Assembly (NCBI GenBank): GCA_003990765.1
Contig: RBNJ01000276.1
Span: forward strand, 1-34,355
DNA from: Jimgerdemannia flammicorona
Taxonomy: Eukaryota
Direction: 5' to 3'
Length of the DNA: 34,355 bases
In this document: piece by piece, positions 24,005 through 34,355 of the stretch
Layout of the letters: every line of letters begins with the position of its first letter
How positions within the stretch are numbered: the first letter of the stretch is position 1
Notes under the pieces: generated by a model
Database searches by the model: none
Told to the model about the DNA's origin: nothing
The model's input: the letters and a program-made list of their open reading frames with translations, nothing else
Made by a program: the position numbers and the translations under genes

Positions 24005-25085
24005 TGTGACAATCTATAAAAATGCAGTACCTAAAAACTTAGCCAGATGATACAAACATTAGCACAGCATAGTATCCAGTAATTGCTGTGGAAAATGTAT
24101 AAATAACCCAGATAGCTAAGGAAAGGAAAACATTGACAGTAGTTGTCACTCTGACAGTAGTTGTCACCCTAATAGTGGCTGTCACTCTGATAGTAAAAGT
24201 TACCCTATGAATAGTATTCTATAGTTAGCCAGATAGCAACCAAGATAGCAACCACAATGTATAAAATACCCCAGAGACAAGAGTGAATAAACCTCAGTTC
24301 CAAAATACAAAGCAAAAGACAAGTCTGCCTACTACACTTCAAGAGATATGTCTGCTCAAAGCCACTTGATCCAGGAACAATTGTAATACTTAGAAGAAAT
24401 GTCTGCTCTACAGTCACTACTAGGAGATTGTGAGCTTTGCCCCTTTCCCACTCTGGTCTACTTTCCATTACAAAGAATGAGTCCATTTTGGTTCGCTTGC
24501 CAGATAAGCCTGAAAAATCTGAGTTTGCTGCCCAAGTTCAAGGAAGAACTTCACAGCCTTTTGAGTAATCTGCCACTTGAGGAATAAGCTGCTGTTTTTA
24601 ACCACTATTTAAGAAAGTCCGCCATGTTTTGTCCACCAATCTGCATCATTCTATATCCTGTCCACTTGTCTGCTGCATTCCACCACACTGCAACCCACAC
24701 TGTTCAAGTAAACCATATTTAAGAAACCTGCTGCATTTAGTCTACTATCAGAAAAGGAACCCAATCACTGTCACACCAGTAACCTGATTCTCAGAGAACC
24801 CACACTTTTAAGAAAATCAGCTAAATTTGCTATATACAAGATTGCTGTATCACACAAATTAGTTCACTACCTAAGAGAGAACTCCATTTATACACAAAAG
24901 ACCAATAACTCAAGAATGCCACCAAATTAGGAAGTCACATGCAAGAATTCTCCAGTTTGAATATTATACCACTAGATACAATACCTGAACATTTTGTTGC
25001 TTTTGACAAAGTAACTCAGGGCTCAAGCCAATCTACACAGGTGCCCAACCTTGTAATTTACCTCTATTGAGTCAGGCACATTACA
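24005..25085 (+). repeat. 5' LTR of family B (about 1.08 kb)
   Basis: TGTGAC...ATTACA; right end inferred from the adjacent PBS because the 3' LTR does not cover it. Confidence 0.8.
24133..24204 (+). repeat. Four tandem 18-bp units with an internal inverted repeat TGACA-N5-TGTCA
   Basis: ttgacagtagttgtcact / ctgacagtagttgtcacc / ctaatagtggctgtcact / ctgatagtaaaagttacc. Confidence 0.85.
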
Positions 25086-25087
25086 TT

Positions 25088-25105
25088 TGGAAGCTCAACT
25101 GGGAA
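25088..25105 (+). promoter_or_regulatory. Primer binding site of family B, tRNA-Pro-like
   Basis: TGGAAGCTCAACTGGGAA lies 2 nt after the LTR end and resembles the tRNA-Pro PBS TGGGGGCTCGTCCGGGAT after G-to-A and C-to-T decay. Confidence 0.6.
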
Positions 25106-25477
25106 GATTTCAAATCAATGTGACTTTTCAGCTCACAAGAACCTACAGTCAAACTGGATACATTTGATATAATACCAATTTCTACCACTACAGGAGAACC
25201 AGTCATCACTAGTATTTGGACAGGAAGAGAAGTAATTACATCAAGACTTGCCAACTACCCAGCATCAGAATGATCCCAACCAGAACCAGAAGGCAGTGCA
25301 GCCTGAAATCTCCAACCAGATCAACCAGACAATACAGGCAGTCCTACTAGAAATTTCAAAGAACTTGCACAAGAATTAGAAGATCTTATCACATGAACCT
25401 GAGACCTTACAGCCAGACACCCCATATTAGTCCCACCAATCTCATCAATAGAATCTTTACCACAACCCCTTGCAGAG

Positions 25478-28400
25478 TTGAAAGAAGCTCCTATAAGAAT
25501 ACCTAGGCTTATTCCACTTCATCCAAGATTCAGAATACCATCCTCAAGATATCCAAGCACCCCCATCTCCAGTAACAGTTCAGAAAGTGAATCAGAATCA
25601 GAATCTGAACCTGAATCAGAATCAGAAGAAAGTGACAACAAAATGGCCACCTCATTGCCAACCTTTGCAGGATACCTGGAGGAAGACCCCAGAGAATTCC
25701 TTGACAGAATTGAAGGAATTGCAGCCTTGAGGAATCTCTCAGATGAAAGAAAAATCACTATCTACAAGGCTCAGCTCAGAGAACCAGCCAGAGAAATTTT
25801 CTATTAAACAGCAAATAATCCAGATTTAGAACTGGTGAGACAGATATAAGCAGCAATATCTTATGAGCTAGAATATGAGGCCATGGTCCACTGGCTCATT
25901 GAAAAGTATGCAGGAAATGAAACCCAGTACAAGGCTCAAGAATCCATCATAGGAATGAAGATAAATTTTGGAGAATCACCCAGAGCCTTCTCTACAAGAA
26001 TCCAGAAGAGAATGCATACTGCCAGATTCAATGCCACCAATTAGGACATCATCAGTCCAATGACCTTCATGAATGGAATTCCCCCAAACATTGCTCAGCA
26101 TGTTTGCACCCTAGGTATTAGAAGGTCTGAGGAGTAAGTAGATGTGGCTCAGAGATTCTTTGATGTCAGACAAAGAACTACCTAGAGTATCATGACAAGA
26201 AGGAAGATAAAGAAGACATCCTGGTCAAAGCCCTACAAGGACTCCTTCAAGGATAAGAAAGATCTGAAGAAAGAAGGCCAGCCAAGGAAGGAAAAAAGAA
26301 CAGAAGTGAAATTCAAGACCTCAGCTCCAAATTGGACTGATTGGTTGGACAGATTGAAAAACTTACCACATGTAAAAATTGGGGCTACCAAGACAACAGA
26401 GGATACCCACCACAGAGGAGCCAAGGTTATACACCAAGAGATAATAGGAATTACCAGCAAGAAGAAAGAAGGTACTCTGTCTGAGACAGAGCCCAAGTCC
26501 AATGCTTTCACTGTGGACAATTTGGACACTATGCTACTGAATGTGACAACAAAAGAAGTAACCAAAGGGACTCAGAATCATCAAACCAAAGGAATGACAC
26601 TCAGTATAAGAAGACTGAAGCCTATTCTGTTGAAGATTTTGAGGAAGTAAGCAATAGCAAAAACTACAGTGACCTGGATCTGTACTCTACCAAGGTCACT
26701 ATCTGAAAAACAGTCTACCCAGCAGAGAACATATAGGAAGACCATCCAGGAATATTAGCCAAAGAATTATCCAAGAAGAAGATGAAGAATGTGAGGAGGA
26801 ATAAGTAGAAATATCTCTCTGGACTCCTTTACCTTTTGTCCTTAAAACAAATGAGCTGCCACCAGAGGATGAAGAGATGGAATAAGAAAAACAGCAACCT
26901 GTTGCTGCAAAGTCCAGAAAAAGTACACCCCAAAGACCATGCCTAGAGACATCTACAATGAAGTCTGGTAGAAGATTCAAGAGACCAAAATAGATGTCCC
27001 TCTCCTGCAGTTCCTGCAACTGACACCAGCTGGAGTCCAAAACAAATTGCTGAGAACCACCAGGTCTAGCACTGGCCAAGTTCCAATCCTACAGCAAGAA
27101 CCAGTTTCCATCTCTGTCCAAGCAGCTGAAAGACATGTCAGCACCTACTTACATGGAGATATTGGAGAACAAAAGGTGAAGATCCTCATAGACACAGGAG
27201 CAGCTGTCTGTGTCATTGCCAAATGGTACCTGGACACCCTTCAATGGCCCATTGATGGACCATCCAATCCCAGCACCATAGTGGCAGATGGAGCCTGAAC
27301 TCAACCCCTTGGAGAAGTGTGAAACATCACTATCTCTCTTGGACATATTTAGTTCTCTATCCCCAAAGCTGTTATCACAGAAGCCATTATCTATGACATG
27401 ATTCTTAGCACTAACTAGATGAAGGAAATGAATGCAGTCATTGATATTGATCAACAAGTACTCAAGTTTGACTATAGAGGCAAGAAGTATAGAGTTAAGG
27501 TGACCAGCTATGAGCAATTGAAGAAGAAGAAGAAGGTTACTATTCAGAAAGAATATGCCAGCAGTGAGGAGTCTACTACAGAAGAGAAAGAAGAATCTGA
27601 AGACAGAAATGATCCCAGACTCAATCTCTGAATTAACCTGGTGGATGACAGACTAGAAGACAATATATGGGCCAAGAACACTATCCCTATCACCATTGGA
27701 GCTATTGCAGAAGAAGCCAAAGGATGCCCTACCTGCCTCAAGAGACACAAGTGTTCTGAGCATTCCTCCAAGATCATGGGAACAAGGAAATCGCCTGGCA
27801 CAGCCTGCCCAGAATGCAGAAAGAAGAAGAAGAAATGCAGACATGTTCCAGAAACACCTGCAACTAAAGCTGCAGAAGTACAAACAATTTGGAGTCAAGA
27901 ATCATCTGAGAAAGAAGAAACTTCTGATCAAGAAGTCCCTGAACAAGAAGCACCTAAAGAAGAAGAGGTCCCTGAACTCATTCCCTGGGATGATCCTTGT
28001 TGGATACCACCTGAAGAAAATGACCCTTGAAATATAGAAGAAGGACCCAGTACAATCACCATTATCCCTAAGAAAGAAACTCACTAAGAAAAGGCTTTCT
28101 GGCTAGGAAGATGTCCACACCAAATAGTCTTCCACTCTCCTTGAGACTACTGCTACCAGTGCCATTTACTAGACCAATAGGAAAGATAGAGACCCCAGAG
28201 ACCAGAATCCCTGAACACACTTGCACAGTCAACTACTTTTCAAGAAATTACCACCAAGTTGCAAAGCCAATTCAGGGGACAAGGCTTCTTCACCCAGACA
28301 GAAATATATCCCTTGTCTACTCTTCTACTCACCTATAACCAAGATGGGTACCGTTTCCCAAGACAACAAGAGATCAATAACTGGGAACATCATTTCTGAG

Positions 28401-31044
28401 CAATGGGATATTGTAACCATGGAAGACACCCAGACTGCCAAGACTGTAGACATCAGAAGATCTATCTCAGTCATAATGTTGCAGTCCACACCTTGAAGAG
28501 AGGAGATAACCAAAGCCAGATCCAAAAAAGCCAGATCTGAAAAAGCCAGACCAAAAAGCCAGGAAGAAGGACCCTTAAGATCTATGATTTAGGCAAAGAC
28601 ATCCTAGCTCTCATCAGACATACAATCTACTAAAAATGGGCAGAAGATGCTACCAACTTCATGGAAGCCCTTGACCCTATAGGAAGCAGGGGAATCAACT
28701 ATCTCTGAGACCCCTCTACTGGAGCCAGATGGCCACACTTCAATCTTAGAGCTTGGAGGCTCTCTGCTAGTGGAGCTTCAGTCTTAGGAAAGTCCGAACT
28801 CAGTAAGGATATTGCTCAGTATGCCCTGCTGCACTCTAAGGCCAAACCCCCAACCAAAGCCCACTCAGAAGATATAGGGTATGACCTCCACAGTCTGGAG
28901 GATGAATCTATCAAACCTGGAAAGACCTTCATGATCAGAACCAGATTAGTCATGCAGCCACCTCAGGGAGCTTATATCCAACTGACCTCAAGGTCTGGAC
29001 TTGTCAGACAAGGAATAACTGTGGAAGGAGGAACTATTGACTCAGGATATATAGGTGAGATCAAGGTCATCCTACACAACAGCAGTACAGAATAGCACTG
29101 AATCATTAGAGAACAGAAGATTGCCCAAGCAGTCTTTATGAAGATCAAAACTCCACAATTGGAAGAAGTCTCTGAACTAGTTGAAGGAACAAGACAAGCC
29201 AAAGGATTTGGAAGTTCAGACAGGAAGGAAGTACATCTCCTTCAAGTCAACCACCTCAAAAGGAATGTTTCCCAGCAAGTGTATCAGCAATCAGTCAGAC
29301 TGCACAAGAATCTGATCCTGGAGCCTGAAGAACAAACTACCTTCAAAATCTTTGTACCATCCGACCCCAGAAACCTTTTCTTTGAACCCAAGGAAGATAT
29401 TCCCCACCTGAACATAGAGGGACACACATTCCCTGACAAGATGAACTCAGTACACTCCCAAGCAACCAACCAAAGTTGGGAAACCATAATTTTGCCAAAA
29501 GGAATCATCATAGGACACTTGGTACCTTTTCTTAACTGAACTCATAGGGAAGTTTATGAACTAAACCTATTGGGAAATGGCAAAAGGTCCCAGAAGAAAG
29601 GAAAGGCCCCTCTGCAACCCAGGAGACAGTGAAGCCTTTCACTAACATTGGAGAAGAATTGACACCCCAACAACAATAACAACTTATAGAACTTCTCAAC
29701 AAATATCAAGATATCTTCACTACCAATTATGGCAACCTGCTATATAATCCATCATATCACCACAGCATAAATACAGGAAATATAACACCCATCCAACAGA
29801 AACTCTATAGAATACCTCATCACTTGAAAACATTTGAAAAGGAGCACATTCAAGAACTCCTAGACAATAGAGTTATCTGACCCTCTATCAGCCCCTGGGC
29901 TAGCCCTATACTTATTATACCAAAGAAAGGAGAATGGAGACTCTGTGTGGACTACAGGAAACTCAATTCAGTTACCAAAAAAGATGCCTATTCTTTGCCC
30001 AGAATCAATGACCTTTTGGATCAGTTACAAGATGCCAGATACTTCAGCAGTATGGACCTCTTTGCAGGATTTCACAAGATCTCCATAGACCCCAAGAACA
30101 TTAAAAAAAACAGCCTTCCTTGCTCTAGGAAAACTGTTTGAGTACCTCCAAATGCCCTTTGGACTTTGCAATATACCCCCCACCTTCCAGAGAATGATGA
30201 ATTCAGTCTATGCCCCCTTGATCCACTACTGTCTGATCATATACATGGATGATTCCAATATCTATTCAGCAAATTTCAAAGAATACCTGTACCACCTAGA
30301 GGAATTCTTCAAGCTCACCTGCAAAACCACTTGAGACTGAATGCAAAGAAATGTTACTTTGGAAAACAAAAACTCAAATTCCTCAGATTCATAGTTTCAA
30401 AAGAAGGAACTCATGTGGACTCAATGAAGACTGAGAAGAACAATTGGCCAGTACCCAAGACCCAAAGGAAACACTATCATTCCTGATACTAGTATCCTAC
30501 TATAGAAGATTTATCTAGGATTTTGCCCAAATTGCAGCCCCAATCCAAATCCTTCTCAAGAAAGAAGTACCTTATAAATGGACAGAATCACAAGAAAAAG
30601 CCTTCAAAGAACTCAAGAACTGCATGACTACAGCACCAATCCTTGTGCACCCCAATCTACAGAAGCCATTTATCTTTTATACAGATACTTCTAAAGATGG
30701 TCTTAGAGTAGTTCTAGTCCAAGAAGGACCCAATCAACAGTACCATATGATATGTAGCTTCTGCAAGTAGAGCTACTAATCAGCAGCAGATGAACTATGG
30801 TAGCACTAAACTGGAATGCCTTGCAGTCATATAGGCAGTCACCTTGTTCAAGCATTACCTCATTGAAAAAAGGTTCACCTTGATCACAGACCATATAGCC
30901 CTGAAATGGCTATTCAACTGTAAGGAACCCACCAGAATCCTAGCCTGCTGGATCCTTATTCTTCAGGATTACAAAATCACCATCATCCACAAAGCAGGGA
31001 AAGCTCACAACAATATTGATGTACTTTCCTGGCAGCCCCAATAA
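25478..31044 (+). pseudogene. Gag-PR-Cys/His region-dUTPase-RT-RNase H pseudogene, family B (likely start ATG at 25643 or upstream)
   Basis: LPTFAGYLEEDPREFLD; intact knuckle CFHCGQFGHYATEC (26503-26544); ILIDTGAAVCVI; LCVDYRKLN, MDLFAGFH, MPFGLCN, YMDD (30242); LYTDTS, LITDHIALKWL, HNNIDVLS. Confidence 0.92.
28817..29221 (+). other. dUTPase domain inside pol, family B (two point stops)
   Basis: AHSEDIGYDL, LTSRSGL, GGTIDSGYIGEI, QKIAQAV, RQAKGFGSSD. Confidence 0.92.
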
Positions 31045-32103
31045 ACCAGAAGAAGGGTGTCCCAAGGAGCTACACCCTAAAGGAAGTCCCTGTGGCCATC
31101 AATAAACAAGAAGATCTCATCTGAAAAGAACATCAGAAAGCCCACCAAGGACAGACAAGTACAGAAGACAAGATTTGAAAACTATATCAATACTGGCCCT
31201 GCCTCAGAACCTAAGTCCAAGACATCATCCAGAAATGTGACACTTGCCAGAAGTACCAAGGAAAGAAGAACTATCAAGCCCCTTTATAACCAATTCTCCC
31301 ACCCACTCATAACTTTCAGAGATAGGGAGTAGATATAATAGGACCCCCGCCAATAACACCAAAATGAAACAGATATATCCTAGTATTTATTGAACACTTG
31401 ACCAAATGGCCTAAAGCACCCCATGGAGATCTCAGATGCCCTTTCCATCATTGGACATTTTCATGACCTCATCCTCTGATATGGACCCTCTGAAGAACTC
31501 ATCTCTGATAGAGAAACTGAATTTGTGAATAACATAATCTCAAGTTATGCACGAATTCATAGGATCCACCTGAAACAAACCACCTCTTATTATCCTCAAA
31601 CCAATGGAATGACCAAAAGAATGAACCAGACTATCAAGAAAGGACTTGCCTGAGTCAATCCTACTAATTGAGATCTCTGCTTACCTGAGATCCTATGGGA
31701 AATTCGAAATACCACTGCTGCATCCACCAAACAAAAGCCCTTTGAAATGATGTTTGCCAAAAAGACCAGAACTGCTGACCATGAGAACCTCAGAAAGCTC
31801 TTTGAAAAAGGAGATCAGCTGTAAAATGAAGCCCAAATTCAGATTATCAAAGCCCAGGAAAGACAAAAGAAGTATTATGACCAGAAACAGAAAGATCAGA
31901 AGATCAAGATTGGCAATCAAGTCCTAGTTTAGAGAAGCATGATAGAAACAAACTTTGCTGCTAAACTGGAACTGAAATAGGAAGGACCATACCTTGTACA
32001 CAACATCAGAGGAACCAGTATCCATATAAGAAGCATGGATGGACATGTCTTGAGAACTCCAGTCCACATCAATTGCCTCAAGATATACCTGTACAAACTA
32101 TGA
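31041..32103 (+). pseudogene. Integrase as a separate ORF, family B
   Basis: EHQKAHQG...YWP...CDTCQK; GVDIIGP; LISDRETEF; PQTNGMTKRMNQTIK; EGPY; ends PVHINCLKIYLYKL*. Frame differs from RNase H. Confidence 0.88.
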
Positions 32104-32603
32104 CTCAGAGGATAGATCAATGCCTTCAGACCCTCATCCTTAGCTCTTTCCAAGCCCTGCCGATTCCTCTGTCCCAGTTTTGCCAACTTGAAGGAACCTC
32201 CATACAATTAATCCAGAAGCATCAAGAGAACATTGCCATTGCCCAGAGATTGCTTCAGATCCACCATCTACAAGCCTTCTACAATATTGGACAGCTATTG
32301 ATAGAACAATCTTATATAAGGAGCCCAACCAGAATTACTCTCAGAGAAGCAAGCACTGCCAAATGAATCTACATCCTGTACAATCGAAATATTGGAGCCC
32401 TGGTGTAGTCTCACTTCTATCTCAGTGATAGCTATCTGATAAATGAGACCATCTTTCAGAGTATCCTCCAACAACTAAACATACTATTTCCTGAAGAACA
32501 AGAAGAAGATCCAGAATTAGAATGGAGTAGCCCAGATATAGAAGGAGATGATAAGATGGGTATAGATGCAGAAGATGTCTATACTTATTGAAATGATGAC
32601 TAA
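32100..32603 (+). pseudogene. Accessory ORF (about 167 aa) between integrase and PPT, family B
   Basis: MTQRIDQCLQTLILSS...AFYNIGQLL...EASTAK*IYILY...acidic tail, in one frame with three internal stops explicable as C-to-T; its ATG overlaps the integrase TGA. Confidence 0.7.
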
Positions 32604-32630
32604 AGGATAGCCTGGGACAGACTACCCTTT

Positions 32631-32642
32631 AGTGGGGGCTGA
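32631..32642 (+). promoter_or_regulatory. Polypurine tract of family B
   Basis: AGTGGGGGCTGA directly precedes TGTGACA. Confidence 0.65.
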
Positions 32643-33280
32643 TGTGACAATCCATAAAAACACAGTACCTAAAAACTTAGCCAGATGACACAAACATTAG
32701 TACAGCATAGTAACCAGCAACCATTGCTGCAGAAAATGTATAAATAACCCAGATAGCTAAGGAAAGGAAAACCCTGACAGTGTTTGAGAGATAGGCCTGC
32801 CAAAAGCCACTTGATCCAAGAAGGATTGCAACACTTAGGAGAAATGCCTGCTCTACAGCCACTATTAGGAGATTGCAAGCTTTGCCCCTTTCCCACTCTG
32901 GTCCACTTTCTGTTACAAAGAATGAGTCTATTTTGGTTCACTTGCCAGATAAGCCCAAAGAATCCAAGTTTACTATCCAAGTTCAAGGAAGAACTTTGCA
33001 GCCTTTTGAGTAATCTGCTGCTTGAGGAATAAGCTACCATTTTCAACTGCCATTTAAGAAAGTCCGCCACATTTTGTCCACTGATCTGCATCATTCTATA
33101 TCCTGTCCACTGGTCTGCTGCATTCCACCACACCACAACCCACACCATTCAATTAAACTGCACTTAAGAAACCCACTATATTTAGTCCACTATCAGAAAA
33201 GAAACCCAATCACCATCATACTAGTAACCTAATTCCCAGAGAACCTGTGCTTTTAAGGAAATCAGCTAAATTCACTGTAT
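32643..33280 (+). repeat. 3' LTR of family B, with an internal deletion of about 200 bp and a truncated 3' end
   Basis: Aligns with 24005-24140 and about 24337-24835, then similarity stops. Confidence 0.88.
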
Positions 33281-33460
33281 AGTACACCACACTTATACTC
33301 AACCTTTTTGCTACTCCTTTTTAATGTATTTAATAAAAAAATATAAAAAATCATAAATTGATATAAAATCCTGTCAAGTTTAATCAAATAGAGAGCTTTT
33401 ATTATTATTATATATAATATTTTAATAAAAATAGTTTTTTTTACTATTTTATAGTGGATA

Positions 33461-33585
33461 CCATAACTGGTCACAATTTTAGCCTTAAATTAAGCACTTT
33501 CACAAAGCCAAATTAATCAAAAAGGCAACTCATGAGACCGGTCACAATTTCAGCAGGCCTAAAAGTCACTTTTACAAAGCCAAAT
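33461..33585 (+). repeat. Imperfect tandem duplication (period about 70 bp)
   Basis: GGTCACAATTT...CACTTTYACAAAGCCAAAT occurs twice. Confidence 0.55.
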
Positions 33586-33591
33586 CTCAAA

Positions 33592-34355
33592 CTGCTGGAA
33601 GGTAGTCGGGCCGCACTGACGTGTAATGGTCACCGCGGGAGGGCGTTTTCCTTGGGAAGAGGAGTGCCTCAGGGGGACCCTCTGTCCCCTATTCTCTATG
33701 CCCTGTCGCTGGAGCCATTGATGGATAGAATTCGGTGGAAGATAGCAGGGCTCTCTATCTATGGTATAGTGTGGAAGGTGGGGGCCTTTGCTGATGATAT
33801 GGTGGTTGGACTTGGGTCTGTGGTGGATGTCGGGGAACTTCGGGAGACGGTGGAATGGTACGAGGCTCATTCTGGGGCAAAACTCAACTGGCATAAGTGT
33901 GAGACGATGGTGCTAGGGAATGGGTTAGTGGGTGGGGACGTCATTGGAACAATTGTCCCTACGGGTGAGGTGGTGCGATATCTGAGCATCTTCCTCTCTG
34001 TCTATGGTTCTGTCTTGCCAAGGGTGTGGTGGGAGAGCATGGTGCATAGTTGGGGGGAGGCCCTTCGAGGTTGGGGAGGCCGCCATATCTCTTTGGCAGA
34101 GCGGGTGTCGATCCTGAATGTGTATTGGTTCCCTAAGCTGTGGTATGTGGCGTATCATCTGGACTTCCCGGCATGGGTGGTGAAGAAGCTCGTAAAGGTG
34201 GCTAGGGATTGGATTTGGGCAGGGAGGAGGTCCCAGGTCAGTTGGGATACTCTTGCGAGACCAGTAGTCAGGGGAGGTCTTGGCCTGGTGGATTTCCCTA
34301 AGAGGCTGCACTGCTTGAGAGCCTGGTGGTTGAAGAGAGCTGTGGAATTGCGAGG
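33592..34355 (+). mobile_element. Young 5'-truncated L1/Tx1-like LINE; ORF2 reverse transcriptase open to the window edge
   Basis: Stop-free frame: RGVPQGDPLSPILY, AFADD, SGAKLNWHK, VRYLSI, SLAERVSILN, RGGLGLVDF. Missing from the ORF track because it has no stop in the window. Confidence 0.93.

Larger units (their letters stand above)
24005..33280 (+). mobile_element. Ty3/Gypsy LTR retrotransposon, family B (3' LTR truncated)
   Basis: LTRs 24005-25085 and 32643 to about 33280, both starting TGTGACAATC; PBS; PPT; gag-PR-dUTPase-RT-RH-INT order. Confidence 0.94.

Noticed and set aside
24133..24204. Short palindromic repeats resembling a CRISPR array (also 5691-5820 and 13856-13907)
   Set aside because: The units are adjacent or only two copies, with no series of unique spacers and no cas genes; the context is eukaryotic LTR or MITE sequence.
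25586..25630. (GAATCA)n run, and the 15-bp AAAGCCAGA repeats at about 28512-28563
   Set aside because: Ordinary low-complexity coding repeats (ESES, KPDxK) in disordered linkers.
32100..32603. Envelope gene in the env position
   Set aside because: Short, with no evident signal peptide, furin site or transmembrane helix.

Overview
Eukaryotic (most likely fungal) transposon graveyard with no recognisable host gene. Left to right: a minus-strand fragment of a Ty3/Gypsy family A LTR (6-538) inserted into a heavily decayed minus-strand Ty1/Copia element (539-3688); a 5'-truncated minus-strand L1/Tx1-like LINE (3689-5061); Gypsy family A copy 1 with a truncated 5' LTR (5062-13480); a fold-back palindrome (13481-13931); complete Gypsy family A copy 2 with a 4-bp TSD (13969-22783); an older remnant related to family B (about 22950-23870); Gypsy family B with a truncated 3' LTR (24005-33280); and a young, CpG-rich, 5'-truncated L1/Tx1-like LINE running off the right edge. 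The old elements show C-to-T decay at CpG and at CpA/TpG. The main result is that both Gypsy families share an unusual, complex-retrovirus-like layout: Gag-PR-[Cys/His motifs]-dUTPase-RT-RNaseH in one frame, integrase as a separate ORF whose start overlaps the RNase H stop, then accessory ORFs. An apparently homologous accessory protein (YxIGxLL...TAKxIxx[F/Y]...SD) lies after integrase in family B but inside the LTR (U3) in family A. All alignments and translations were done by eye; no searches were run.
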